Below, piece after piece: positions 53,486 to 63,566 of a DNA stretch of 64,000 nucleotides. Position numbers and translations under genes: made by a program. A model generated the notes under the pieces. That model was given only the letters and a program-made list of their open reading frames with translations, had not been told where the DNA came from and searched no databases. Each line of letters opens with the position of its first letter. The first letter of the stretch is position 1. The stretch is from Gemmatimonadota bacterium (GTDB lineage Bacteria; Gemmatimonadota; Gemmatimonadetes; Gemmatimonadales; GWC2-71-9). Where the stretch lies: NCBI GenBank assembly GCA_040388535.1, contig JAZKBR010000005.1:2938-66937 (forward strand), given 5' to 3'.

Positions 53486-54517
53486 CTACTCTCCCGTCGG
53501 GCGCGGTGACGCGGCGTAGCGTGCCTCTGCGTTGGCCTGCGCCGGGGCGTCGCCAAAGATCTTCTCGCCATCGAACCGGCCGTTCTCGATGAAGACCTCG
53601 GAGATCTGCCGGCCGGCACCGACGCTGCCGGCGAGGTAGACGCCCGGAATCGTGGTCTCGAGCGTCGCAGGATTCAGCGGCGTACGGCCGCTCTCGGCGT
53701 CGAGAGGCAAGCCGATGCGCTCGAGGAGTTCGAAGTCCGGGTGATACCCGGTGAGTGCGAAGACCCGATCGGCAGGCACCGCGATCGTATTGCCGTCGGC
53801 GCCACGAATCGTGACCTGCTCGGGCGATATCGCGGTGACGGCCGCGCCAAGATGGAGGGCGATCTCGCCCGCCTTGACGCGGTTTTCGAGATCGGGTCGC
53901 AGCCAGTACTTGAGGCTCGGCTTGAACTCGGCGCGGCGATAGACCACCGTGACGCGCGCGCCGACACGGAAGCACTGCAGCGCTGCCTCGACCGCCGAGT
54001 TCTTGCCGCCGATGATCACGACATCGAGACCGGCGAGCGTGTGGGGCTCGGCAAACCAGTGCGATACGTGGGGCAACGATTCACCCGGAACGCCGAGCAG
54101 GTTGGCGTGCTCGAAGTAGCCGGTCGCGAGCACGAGGCGATCGCAGGTGACCGTGGCTGTGCCGACCCGGGTCTGTAGCGTGCAGTGCAGCACGCCGTCG
54201 CGTCGTTCGGCGGTCAAGAGCCGGGTGTAGGTGCACACATCGAGAGCCTCAACCCGAGCGACACCGCGGTAGTACTTCAGGGCTTCTTCACGGGTGGCCT
54301 TGGCGCCGGTGCACACGAGAGGATGGTCGCCGATTTCGAGCCGTTCCGGTGTAGTGAAGAACGTCATCCCGATCGGATAGCGCACGATGGCATCGGCGAT
54401 GGCACCGGCGTCAATCACCACGGTCGGGATCCCGCGACGCCGGGCGGAAATCGCGGCGGCAAGCCCGATCGGGCCGGCACCGACAATCAGGGCGTGGATG
54501 TGGCTGGGGAGTGGCAT
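53486..54517 (-). CDS. YpdA-family FAD-dependent pyridine nucleotide-disulfide oxidoreductase (putative bacillithiol-disulfide reductase type)
   Basis: Start taken at the internal Met (MPLPSHIHALIVGAGPIGLAAA). Motifs TFFTTPERLEIGD, ATGYFEHAN..GVPGE, VVIIGGKNSAVEAAL, TGYHPD and VFIENGRF match my recollection of the YpdA family. Confidence 0.82.
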   Translation of the reverse strand: MPLPSHIHALIVGAGPIGLAAAISARRRGIPTVVIDAGAIADAIVRYPIGMTFFTTPERLEIGDHPLVCTGAKATREEALKYYRGVARVEALDVCTYTRLLTAERRDGVLHCTLQTRVGTATVTCDRLVLATGYFEHANLLGVPGESLPHVSHWFAEPHTLAGLDVVIIGGKNSAVEAALQCFRVGARVTVVYRRAEFKPSLKYWLRPDLENRVKAGEIALHLGAAVTAISPEQVTIRGADGNTIAVPADRVFALTGYHPDFELLERIGLPLDAESGRTPLNPATLETTIPGVYLAGSVGAGRQISEVFIENGRFDGEKIFGDAPAQANAEARYAASPRPTGE

Positions 54518-54714
54518 CTTTCCAATATGCCGGAACCAGCAACGCTTTGGGGGCCGGGGCCGTAAGGGAGTGGACGTCAGGTGGCAGCGATTCGGTCTTC
54601 CAACAGCACTGGGGCGGGGATGAGGAAGCTGCAGGATTGCGGCAAAGACAGGGTCTGGTTCGCCTCCGGGTGCCAGATGTCCCGCCACAGCCCTCCCCCC
54701 ACTACTCTGTAGGC

Positions 54715-55695
54715 GTGCAGAGCATCATTTCCCTGGAGGAGCGCCCCGGAGAACCGGAGACGCGCAGCTGGACGCCGCTCATCGCGAGCGCCGTCCTGCA
54801 CCTCACGCTCATCCTCTGGCTGCTCTTCCGACCAGCTCCGGCCGGCACCACCGAAAACAAGCCGTCCGAGGGTGCCCGGACCGCTCAGCCGATCGCGCTG
54901 CCCCGGCCTCAGGAGAGCCAGGCATCGCAGCCACCGCCTCCCCCGGCCCCGGCTCAGCCGCCCCCCCGTGAGACGCCCCTCGGTCCGGATTCCAAACACC
55001 CGGATGCCCTGGTTCCCAAAGAGGCCGGCCCGCCCAAGCCGATGACGGAACCGGAGCCAACCCCAGCGAAGTCGACCGAGGATGCGGCGCCGCCTGCCGA
55101 GAAGCCGCCTGAAACGGTCCCTGACCCCGCAGAACAACCTGTGCCGCAGGCCGCCAAGCGGATCCCCCGGGCCGGTGACTACGCCGCGACAAATCGGATG
55201 CTGCGCCCACCATCATCGCCATTCGGGCCACCGACGCGCACCCTGCTCGACTCTTCGAGCCAGGGCGCACCAGCCGCTGCCGCCGCGACCAGCGCCGCGG
55301 CTACGGCCGGCGCGATGGGGAAGGCCGGACTCTCCTCGCGTGACTCGCGCGATTGGCGACCGTCGTTCCCCGAAGCGCAGGGTCGCTGTGTCTCGATCCC
55401 TGACCTCGGCAAAAACGCCGACGGTACCCCCGTCCTCGCGACGGTGATCGGTCGCGTGCTCGATACCGATGGTCACTCGCCACTCGTTGGCGCACATCTC
55501 CAGATCGTCGGGACGGGATTCGCAACCTTCAGCGATGCCAACGGCGAGTACCGGCTCGAGTTCGACCCCAAGCTGCTCGAACAGTGCCGGGTGCAGTACG
55601 TGCGAGTCGTCGCCGATGGCTATGGTGGTCAGATGCTCACGCTCGCCATCGGGCAGCGCATCCGGAGCGATGACGTCGTCTTGAGGAAGCACTAG
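54715..55695 (+). CDS. Membrane-anchored Pro-rich protein with C-terminal carboxypeptidase-regulatory-like domain (TonB-like N-terminus)
   Basis: From the GTG at 54715: a TM segment (LIASAVLHLTLILWLLF), a long P/A/E/K-rich linker, and a C-terminal VIGRVLDTDGHSPLVGAHLQIVGTGFATFSDANGEYRLEF. The start is uncertain. Confidence 0.6.
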   Translation: MQSIISLEERPGEPETRSWTPLIASAVLHLTLILWLLFRPAPAGTTENKPSEGARTAQPIALPRPQESQASQPPPPPAPAQPPPRETPLGPDSKHPDALVPKEAGPPKPMTEPEPTPAKSTEDAAPPAEKPPETVPDPAEQPVPQAAKRIPRAGDYAATNRMLRPPSSPFGPPTRTLLDSSSQGAPAAAAATSAAATAGAMGKAGLSSRDSRDWRPSFPEAQGRCVSIPDLGKNADGTPVLATVIGRVLDTDGHSPLVGAHLQIVGTGFATFSDANGEYRLEFDPKLLEQCRVQYVRVVADGYGGQMLTLAIGQRIRSDDVVLRKH

Positions 55696-57681
55696 ATGTC
55701 CACCCCGGCTTCGCTGCTCGGGCAATTCATCGAGCGGCAACGTGTGCGTGGTGTCGATTTACCATCGGCGACTGACGATGGCGCCTTTGCGGCGGTGCAT
55801 CACTGGTCGGTGAGCAATCCAGCAGATTTCTGGGAGGCCGTTTGGCGCGACGCGGAGATCGTCGCCGATCTGCGCGCTGATGGCAGCAGTTGGGACACTG
55901 TCGTCCGCGGCCTCGACCGGATGGCTCCACCCGACCCGGAGCTCGGGCCGACCTGGTTCCCCGGGGCGCGACTGAACTATGCCGAAAACCTGCTGCGGCA
56001 CGAGGGCGCGGATCCGGCGTTGATCGCCTGGGATGAGCGCGGCCGCATTGGCGAATTGTCGTGGGACGACCTGCGGCGCGAGGTTGCACGCACTGCTGCG
56101 GGCTTGCGCTCACTCGACGTACAACCCGGCGACCGGGTGGCCGGTTGGCTTCCCAACATCCCCGAGACCATCATCGCGATGCTCGCGACTGCCTCCCTCG
56201 GCGCGGTCTGGACATCATGTTCGCCCGACTTCGGTGTCGATGGAGTCGTCGATCGATTTGGCCAGACCGAACCCGTCGTGCTGATCTGTTGTGACGGCTA
56301 CGGCTACGGCGGCAGGGTCCACGATTCGGTTGATCGCCTGCCGGCGCTGCTCGCCCGGCTGCCTTCGGTACGGCACGCTGTGGTGATTCCCTACCGCGGT
56401 GGTGCCCCGCTTCCCGCTGACCCGCGCGTACTGACGTGGGATGCGCTTCGCGCCGATGTCACGGCAACGCTTCGCTTTGCACGGATGCCGTTCGATCACC
56501 CGCTTGCCGTGCTCTACTCATCGGGCACGACCGGACTGCCCAAGTGCATGGTACACGGCGCCGGTGGAACGCTGCTGCAGCACCTGAAAGAGCATCGCCT
56601 GCACGGTGATCTGCGGGTAGGTGAGCGAATCTTCTACTTCACGACCTGTGGCTGGATGATGTGGAACTGGCTGGTTGGCGCCCTCGCCGCCGGCGCAACG
56701 CTGGTGCTCTATGATGGTGCTCCACTTCCCGCGAGCGATCCGGGGATCCTCTGGCAACTTGCAGCTGCCGAGCGGGTGAATGTCTTCGGCACCAGCGCGA
56801 AATATCTTGCGTTGGCCGAGAAGCACGCACTCGCGCCGGCGATGATGTTCGACCTCTCCTCACTTCGTTCGGTGCTGTCGACCGGGAGTCCGCTGTCTCC
56901 CGAGAGTTTCGATTGGGTCACCCGCTCGGTGGGCTCCACGATTCGGGTTGCGTCGATCTCCGGCGGCACCGATATCGTCTCCTGTTTCGTCCTCGGGAAT
57001 CCGCTGCAGGCGATCCATCGCGGCGAGATCCAGGGCCCCGGCCTCGGCATGGCCGTCGCTGTGTTCGATGAGCTCGGCAACGAGTGTCCCGTGGGAGAAG
57101 CTGGCGAGCTGGTCTGCACCCGGCCCTTCCCCTCGATGCCGGTTCGCTTCTGGAATGATGCCGATGGGAGCCAGTATCGTGCGGCCTACTTCGCCACCTG
57201 GCCCGGTGTCTGGCGTCACGGCGACTGGATCACCCGGACGCCGTCCGGAGGATTCATTATCTCGGGCCGGAGTGACGCGACGCTCAATCCCGGCGGGGTT
57301 CGGATCGGGACCGCCGAGATCTACCGGCAGGTCGAGGCCATCCCCGAGATCCTCGAAAGTGTCGTGATCGGTCAGCGGATTCCCGGGGCCCTCGACGGTG
57401 ATGTTCGCGTCGTGCTCTTTGTCCGGATGCGGCCGGGAGAACTGCTTACCCCGGGGCTCGAAGAGGCGATCCGGCGACAGGTACGCCTCGGAGCCTCGCC
57501 GCACCACGTCCCCCGGGTCATCCTCGAGGTCGCCGACATTCCGAGGACCCGGAGCGGCAAGCTGAGCGAACTCGCTGTGCGCGACACGGTGGAGGGCCGC
57601 CCCGTCAAGAACGTCGGCGCCCTCGCGAACCCCGAGGCACTCGACCACTTCCGGGGCCGACCGGAGCTGGGGTCGTGTTAG
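55696..57681 (+). CDS. Acetoacetate-CoA ligase (acetoacetyl-CoA synthetase)
   Basis: A 661-aa AMP-forming ligase with LYSSGTTGLPKCMVH, the FWEAVW N-terminal region and SGRSDATLNPGGVRIGTAEIY, as in acetoacetyl-CoA synthetases. Confidence 0.88.
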   Translation: MSTPASLLGQFIERQRVRGVDLPSATDDGAFAAVHHWSVSNPADFWEAVWRDAEIVADLRADGSSWDTVVRGLDRMAPPDPELGPTWFPGARLNYAENLLRHEGADPALIAWDERGRIGELSWDDLRREVARTAAGLRSLDVQPGDRVAGWLPNIPETIIAMLATASLGAVWTSCSPDFGVDGVVDRFGQTEPVVLICCDGYGYGGRVHDSVDRLPALLARLPSVRHAVVIPYRGGAPLPADPRVLTWDALRADVTATLRFARMPFDHPLAVLYSSGTTGLPKCMVHGAGGTLLQHLKEHRLHGDLRVGERIFYFTTCGWMMWNWLVGALAAGATLVLYDGAPLPASDPGILWQLAAAERVNVFGTSAKYLALAEKHALAPAMMFDLSSLRSVLSTGSPLSPESFDWVTRSVGSTIRVASISGGTDIVSCFVLGNPLQAIHRGEIQGPGLGMAVAVFDELGNECPVGEAGELVCTRPFPSMPVRFWNDADGSQYRAAYFATWPGVWRHGDWITRTPSGGFIISGRSDATLNPGGVRIGTAEIYRQVEAIPEILESVVIGQRIPGALDGDVRVVLFVRMRPGELLTPGLEEAIRRQVRLGASPHHVPRVILEVADIPRTRSGKLSELAVRDTVEGRPVKNVGALANPEALDHFRGRPELGSC

Positions 57682-57736
57682 TTTTGGGGGTCTGTCCGCA
57701 TCATGGCGGACTCCATCCCACCGGGGAGGGCAGGGG

Positions 57737-58678
57737 ATGACGACGAGCACCTCAGCATCGCTCGACAGCGCACCGGGCCTGACCACGACCAAGGCGCCGT
57801 TCATCGAGCAGGCACAGGCGGAGGGCCGGCTCTACATCGAGCAGCCCTACGAGCTGTACTCGTCGGCCAATCATCTCGCCTGGTCGCGGCTCTACGCGCG
57901 CATGGCGGACCGCTGGGCACGCTACGCCAACCCGCGCTTTCTCGAGGGGCTGCAGAAGCTGCAGCTCGATCCCGACCGGGTGCCGCGGCTCGAGGACGTG
58001 AATCGCTTCATGTCGCCGCTCACCGGATTTCGAGCGAAGCCGGTGAGTGGCTATGTGCCCGCGTACATGTTCTTCGATTGCCTCCGCCAGCGGGAGTTTC
58101 CAACCACCATCACCATCCGCGACGGCGAGGTCCTCGACTACCTCCCCGAGCCGGACATCTTCCACGACATCGCCGGCCACGTGCCGATGCACACGGACAA
58201 GGCGTTTGCCGACACCCTGGTGCTTTTTGGGGAGTGTGCGCGGAAGGCGGCCGAGCGCGCGGCAGACACCAGCGACCCGCATCGCCGGATCGAACGGCTC
58301 ACCAGCGTGATCAAGGCGATGGCGCGTTTCTTCTGGTTCACGATCGAATTCGGGCTGATGAAGGGAAGCCGCCCGGGGGAACTGAAGGCCTACGGCAGCG
58401 GACTGCTCTCGAGCTACGGCGAACTCGAGCACTGCATCGAATCGCCCGACGTGCAGCGCTACCCGTTCCAGCTCGAGTGGGTCGTCAACCAGTACTTCGA
58501 GATCGACAAATACCAGCCGCTGCTCTTCGTCGTCGACGGATTCGATCACCTCTTCGCCGAAGTCAGCCGGCTCGCCGAGTGGATGGACGCCGGTAAGCTC
58601 GACAATGTGAGTCCCGGCGAGCCGGCAATCGGTGAGGCCGATCTGGCCTCCTTCCTCAACGCGGCCGGCCTCGGGTGA
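57737..58678 (+). CDS. phhA: Phenylalanine 4-monooxygenase (aromatic amino acid hydroxylase)
   Basis: Iron-ligand region PDIFHDIAGHVPMH, then FTIEFGL and YGSGLLSSYGELEH. Confidence 0.92.
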   Translation: MTTSTSASLDSAPGLTTTKAPFIEQAQAEGRLYIEQPYELYSSANHLAWSRLYARMADRWARYANPRFLEGLQKLQLDPDRVPRLEDVNRFMSPLTGFRAKPVSGYVPAYMFFDCLRQREFPTTITIRDGEVLDYLPEPDIFHDIAGHVPMHTDKAFADTLVLFGECARKAAERAADTSDPHRRIERLTSVIKAMARFFWFTIEFGLMKGSRPGELKAYGSGLLSSYGELEHCIESPDVQRYPFQLEWVVNQYFEIDKYQPLLFVVDGFDHLFAEVSRLAEWMDAGKLDNVSPGEPAIGEADLASFLNAAGLG

Positions 58679-58780
58679 ACGCGCGGGATGCGCGCCCTGG
58701 ACACCGCCGCACCGACCCGGGTTGGAACGGTCGCCCCGCCACCGTGTCCACCCATCCTTGACTGCCTGCTGGAGATTCCG

Positions 58781-59908
58781 ATGACTTCGACGCTGACATC
58801 CACGGCCCCGGCCGAGACGCACGACGCCTTCCCGATCAATGGTACTGACTACATCGAGTTCTGGGTCGGTAACGCCAAGCAATCGATGCTGTATTACTGC
58901 TATGCCTTCGGCTATGAGCTGATCGGCTATCGCGGCCCCGAAACCGGCGTGCGCGACCGCGCCTCCTACCTCCTCAAGCAGGACAAGATCCGTCTTGTCC
59001 TCACCACACCGCTCGGCCCCGAAGGCGAGATTGCCGCGCACATCCAGCTCCACGGCGATGGTGTTCGCGACATGGCCTTCTGGGTCGACGATGCCCGCGC
59101 GGCCTACGCGGTTGCGATGGAGCGAGGGGCGGTCTCGGCCGGCGAACCGCGGGTCGAGAAGGACAAGGATGGCGAGGTCATCATCGCCGCGATCCGGACC
59201 TACGGCGACACGATTCACTCCATTGTCGAGCGGCGCAACTATCACGGGCTCTTCCTGCCGGGGTTCGTGCCGATGCAGTCGGCGCACGCCGCCAGGTCCA
59301 CCGGGCTGAAGTACGTCGACCATTGCGTCGGCAATGTCGAACTCGGCAAGATGAATACCTGGGTCTCGTTCTATGAACGGGTGCTCGGTTTCACCAATAT
59401 CCTCACCTTCGACGACAAGCAGATCACCACCGAATACTCGGCCCTGATGTCCAAGGTGATGTCGAACGGCAATGGTCGGATCAAGTTCCCGATCAACGAG
59501 CCCGCGAGCGGGAAGAAGAAGTCCCAGATCGAGGAGTACCTCGACTTCTATCGCGGGCCCGGCGTGCAGCACGTTGCCATCGCGACCGACGACATCATCA
59601 AGACCGTCACCGACCTCAAGTCGCGCGGCGTGGAATTCCTCCGGGTCCCGGCCACCTACTACGAGACCGTGCTCGATCGCGTCGGCAAGATCGATGAGGA
59701 TATCGCCCCGCTGGCCGAGCTCGGCATCCTCGTCGACCGCGACGATGAAGGGTACCTGCTGCAGATCTTCACCAAGCCGGTGCAGGATCGTCCCACGCTC
59801 TTCTATGAGATCATTCAGCGCAAGGGCGCCAAGAGCTTCGGCGCGGGCAACTTCAAGGCACTGTTCGAAGCCATCGAGCGGGAACAGGAACTCCGGGGCA
59901 ATCTCTGA
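58781..59908 (+). CDS. hppD: 4-hydroxyphenylpyruvate dioxygenase
   Basis: Start at the internal Met (MTSTL...). Motifs DYIEFWVGNAKQ, VDHCVGNVE, GVQHVAIATDDI, FLRVP..YY and GNFKALFEAIEREQ. Confidence 0.93.
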   Translation: MTSTLTSTAPAETHDAFPINGTDYIEFWVGNAKQSMLYYCYAFGYELIGYRGPETGVRDRASYLLKQDKIRLVLTTPLGPEGEIAAHIQLHGDGVRDMAFWVDDARAAYAVAMERGAVSAGEPRVEKDKDGEVIIAAIRTYGDTIHSIVERRNYHGLFLPGFVPMQSAHAARSTGLKYVDHCVGNVELGKMNTWVSFYERVLGFTNILTFDDKQITTEYSALMSKVMSNGNGRIKFPINEPASGKKKSQIEEYLDFYRGPGVQHVAIATDDIIKTVTDLKSRGVEFLRVPATYYETVLDRVGKIDEDIAPLAELGILVDRDDEGYLLQIFTKPVQDRPTLFYEIIQRKGAKSFGAGNFKALFEAIEREQELRGNL

Positions 59909-61101
59909 TGCCGATCTATCATCTGCAGGGTTCGGTTCCGCGCAAGCGCCACACCGTCTTCCGGCGCCCCGATGGCGGGCTCTATGCCGAAGAACTGATG
60001 GGGCACGAGGGGTTCATCGGGACTTCGTCGCTGCTCTACCACACCCATCCGCCCACCACGGTGCTGGCGGCCCGCAGGCTCAAGAACGTGAAGTGGGAAG
60101 CCGACACCGAAACGTCGCTGCGGCACCGGCACTTCCGCACCGCGCGCGCCCCGAAGGGTGGATCGCCGACGATGGATCGGGTGCCGCTGCTCTTCAATTC
60201 CGACATCGGGATGCTGTATGTGGAGCCCGATGCCAATGACTCGCATTTCTATCGCAACTCGCAAGCCGACGAAGTCGTGTACGTCGCCGAAGGGAGCGGT
60301 GTCCTTGAGTCGGTCTTCGGCGACCTGCCGGTGATGCCCGGCGACTATATCGTGATTCACCGGAACATCACCCATCGCTGGGTCTTCGATTTCACGAAGG
60401 GTCCGGCCAAGCTGCTGGTGATGGAGAGCCGCGGACACGTGCGCTGGCCGACGCGCTACCGCAACAACTTCGGACAGCTGCTCGAAGGGGCGCCGTATTC
60501 GGAGCGCGATATCCGTCGCCCGACCGAGTTGCGCACCCACGACGAGAAGGGCGAGTTCCCGATTCTCGTGAAGCAGTACGATGCGATCAACGAACTCGTG
60601 CTCGATCACCATCCATGCGACGTGGTCGGGTGGGACGGCTACTTCTATCCCTGGGCCTTCTCGATTCACGATTTCGAGCCGATTGTCGGACGCATTCACC
60701 AGCCACCTCCCGTCCACCAGACCTTCCAGGGTGACGGCTTCGTGATCTGTTCGTTCTGTCCGCGGCCGTACGACTTCGATCCCAACGCGATCCCGGCACC
60801 ATACAACCACAGCAACGTCGACTCGGACGAGGTGCTCTTCTATGCCTCGAGCGAATTCATGAGTCGCAAGGGAATCGAGTACGGCTCGATCACGCATCAT
60901 CCGGACGGCCTGCCCCACGGGCCACACCCGGGTCGGACCGAGGCGAGCATCGGCGCGAAGTACACCAACGAGCTTGCGGTCATGATGGATTCCTTCAAGC
61001 CGCTGCACGTCGCGAAGGCCGTCGAGTCGTTCGAGGACGCGACGTATCATCGGTCGTGGATCGACCAGCAGCACGAGCAGTTCTCTCCGCCCACCAGCTG
61101 A
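59908..61101 (+). CDS. hmgA: Homogentisate 1,2-dioxygenase
   Basis: N-terminus MPIYHLQGSVPRKRHTVFRRPDGGLYAEEL resembles the approximately 390-aa HGD type as I recall it. Cupin-like core. The gene directly follows hppD with a TGATG junction. Confidence 0.85.
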   Translation: MPIYHLQGSVPRKRHTVFRRPDGGLYAEELMGHEGFIGTSSLLYHTHPPTTVLAARRLKNVKWEADTETSLRHRHFRTARAPKGGSPTMDRVPLLFNSDIGMLYVEPDANDSHFYRNSQADEVVYVAEGSGVLESVFGDLPVMPGDYIVIHRNITHRWVFDFTKGPAKLLVMESRGHVRWPTRYRNNFGQLLEGAPYSERDIRRPTELRTHDEKGEFPILVKQYDAINELVLDHHPCDVVGWDGYFYPWAFSIHDFEPIVGRIHQPPPVHQTFQGDGFVICSFCPRPYDFDPNAIPAPYNHSNVDSDEVLFYASSEFMSRKGIEYGSITHHPDGLPHGPHPGRTEASIGAKYTNELAVMMDSFKPLHVAKAVESFEDATYHRSWIDQQHEQFSPPTS

Positions 61102-61122
61102 CAATTCCCGGAGCGAGAATCG

Positions 61123-63147
61123 ATGGCCATTCCCCTGATGCTGCTGGCGATGATGCAGGTGCCGGCCCAGACTCCACCGGCAGCCGGGCTCGCCGAATCC
61201 CCGGTGAGCCGGGTCGAGTTCAACGCCGGCCGGATCGTGACGATGACCGCTGGCGACACGCTGCGCCTCATCGCGCGGGCCATCGATGGCAAGGGGGGCG
61301 TGGTGCCCAACGCGACCGTGCGTTACGCCCAGCAAGGGGTTGGTCGCTTCGAGGGACGTGTCGATTCGGTGGGGCTGGTGCGGTCAGGTTCGACCGGCTC
61401 GTTCCCGGTCTCCGTCATCGTTCAGGTTCCCGGCGCGAAGCCGTTCGTCGATAAGGTCGAAATTCACATGGTGCCCGGCGCCGCGGCGCGCATCGAGATT
61501 GCGCCTGGCATCGACCGGCTCGTGACGGGGCAGCGGATTCGCTACACCGCCGCCGTCTTCTCGCGCAGCAACGATTCCCGCCCCGACGACAAGGTCACCT
61601 GGCGCTCCGGCTCACCGGCCACCATCGCCGTACGCAGTGATGGTTACGTAACCGCCCGCGCCGCAGGAAAGGCCGATCTCATCGCGACGGTGAACGGCGT
61701 CGAGCAGCGCCTCGCACTCACGGTGCTGCCAGCGGCGATCGCTTCGCTCGAAGTGCTGCCAGGAATGACCGACGCGAAGCAGGGCGACGTCATTCGCTTC
61801 AAGGTGGTTGCAAAGGATGCCGCCGGTCGGACGCTCACCGGACTCACGCCGGCGTGGAGTTTCGCACCCGGGCAGGGGCGGATCGATCCCGACGGCGCCT
61901 TCGTGGGTTACGAACCCGGCGCCTACACGGTGACCGCGTCGTTCGGCACCCGCACGGCGGATGCATCGGTGACACTGAGCCCACGCGACGTGCGCCGACC
62001 GGCCACCGTTGTCGGGCGGCTGCCGCGCACGCAGTTCTCCACCGAAGAAGTCTGGGTTCACCCCAATGGCAAAGTCGCCTACCTCGGCACTGGCGGCGGT
62101 GGCGACCGGATGTACACCATCGACGTGAGTGATCCGTCGAAGCCGGTCATCACCGATTCGATCGTCACCAACACGCGCCGCGTCAACGACATCATGACGA
62201 CGGCCGATGGCAAGACGATGGTCTTTACTCGCGAGGGGGCCTCCGATCGCAAGAACGGCATCGTCATCGCGACGCTGGAAGATCCGCTGCACCCGAAAAA
62301 GGTCGCGGAGTTCACCACCGGCGTGGAAGGCGGTGTCCACTCGGCGTTCATCTACTCGCAGCCGAAGTACGGGACGCACGTCTATCTCACCAACGATGGT
62401 ACCGGTGCGATGCACGTGATCGACCTCGCCGATCCGGCGCACCCGAAGGAGGTGGCGCAGTGGCGCACCGATCGCCCGGATGCGGGACGCTCGTTGCACG
62501 ATCTCGACATCCAGGACGGACTCGCCTACCTGTCGTACTGGAACGACGGGCTGGTCATTCTCGACGTGGGCAACGGCGTGAAGGGTGGGTCGCCGTCGAA
62601 CCCGGTGCTGGTGTCACAGCTCAAGTACGATCTCAACGCGCTCTACCGCGAAGTCGAAGCGACCGGCGGGCCGGGCTTCATTCGCGGTACTCATACCGCG
62701 TGGAAGCACAATAACTACGTCTTCATCGCTGATGAGGTCTTCCCGGCGAGTGGCACCAAGGGCGCCAAGGATGCGTCGGCTGGTCGCGCCTATGGCCGCC
62801 TGCAGGTCGTCGACATCAGCGACCTGGCCCATCCGAAGATCGTGGCGTTCTACGAGCCGGAGTACGGCGGCGTGCACAACGTCTGGGTCGCCGGCGACAC
62901 GCTGTACATGGGGGCGTACAACGCCGGCTTCCGGGCCTTCGATATCTCGGGAGAATTGCGCGGTGACCTGCGGGCGCAGCAGCGCGAGATGGTGCATGTC
63001 CATACCGGCGACATGGAAGGGAACACCAAGAACGACCCGATGACCTGGGGCGTGGTGGTCAAGAACGGACTCGCCTACGTCAACGACAATCACAACGGCC
63101 TCTGGATCGTGCGGATCGAGCCGCGTCGTCGCGACCTCACGCCCTAG
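61123..63147 (+). CDS. Secreted protein with N-terminal Ig-like (Big_2-type) repeats and C-terminal LVIVD-repeat beta-propeller
   Basis: Signal peptide MAIPLMLLAMMQVPAQ. Three roughly 90-aa repeats follow (GDTLRLIARAIDGKG, ...RYTAAVFS..., GDVIRFKVVAKDAAG). The C-terminal part has GLVILDV and GLWIVRI type LVIVD motifs. Confidence 0.8.
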   Translation: MAIPLMLLAMMQVPAQTPPAAGLAESPVSRVEFNAGRIVTMTAGDTLRLIARAIDGKGGVVPNATVRYAQQGVGRFEGRVDSVGLVRSGSTGSFPVSVIVQVPGAKPFVDKVEIHMVPGAAARIEIAPGIDRLVTGQRIRYTAAVFSRSNDSRPDDKVTWRSGSPATIAVRSDGYVTARAAGKADLIATVNGVEQRLALTVLPAAIASLEVLPGMTDAKQGDVIRFKVVAKDAAGRTLTGLTPAWSFAPGQGRIDPDGAFVGYEPGAYTVTASFGTRTADASVTLSPRDVRRPATVVGRLPRTQFSTEEVWVHPNGKVAYLGTGGGGDRMYTIDVSDPSKPVITDSIVTNTRRVNDIMTTADGKTMVFTREGASDRKNGIVIATLEDPLHPKKVAEFTTGVEGGVHSAFIYSQPKYGTHVYLTNDGTGAMHVIDLADPAHPKEVAQWRTDRPDAGRSLHDLDIQDGLAYLSYWNDGLVILDVGNGVKGGSPSNPVLVSQLKYDLNALYREVEATGGPGFIRGTHTAWKHNNYVFIADEVFPASGTKGAKDASAGRAYGRLQVVDISDLAHPKIVAFYEPEYGGVHNVWVAGDTLYMGAYNAGFRAFDISGELRGDLRAQQREMVHVHTGDMEGNTKNDPMTWGVVVKNGLAYVNDNHNGLWIVRIEPRRRDLTP

Positions 63148-63152
63148 CACCC

Positions 63153-63563
63153 GTGCCGAACGCGCCGCACCAGCTCTTCTACCGGATCACGGAGGGGATG
63201 CGCATCACGGCGCGTCCCCGCTTCGTGCCGGAACAGTCTCGTCCCGCGGTGCGGCATTTCGTGTTCACCTATCGTATCCGGCTTGAGAACACCAGTGAGC
63301 GTCCGGCCCGGCTGCTCGCCAGGCACTGGTATATCCACGATGAAGCGGGTGAAGAGAGCGAGGTCGAAGGAGAGGGCGTCGTTGGCGAACAGCCGCTGCT
63401 ACCGCCTGGCGGGACGTACGAGTACGACTCGTTTTGTGTGCTCAAGTCAGCGAAGGGATGGATGGAAGGGTATTACCGCTTCGTGCGACCTGACGGAACG
63501 TCGTTCGATGCGCAGATTCCGCGCTTCCTCCTCGACGCCGACGCGAAGAGTCACCTGCGATAA
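63153..63563 (+). CDS. apaG: ApaG (DUF525) protein
   Basis: FVFTYRIRLENTSERPARLLARHWYIHDEAGEESEVEGEGVVGEQPLLPPG is the ApaG signature. Confidence 0.9.
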   Translation: MPNAPHQLFYRITEGMRITARPRFVPEQSRPAVRHFVFTYRIRLENTSERPARLLARHWYIHDEAGEESEVEGEGVVGEQPLLPPGGTYEYDSFCVLKSAKGWMEGYYRFVRPDGTSFDAQIPRFLLDADAKSHLR

Positions 63564-63566
63564 GGT

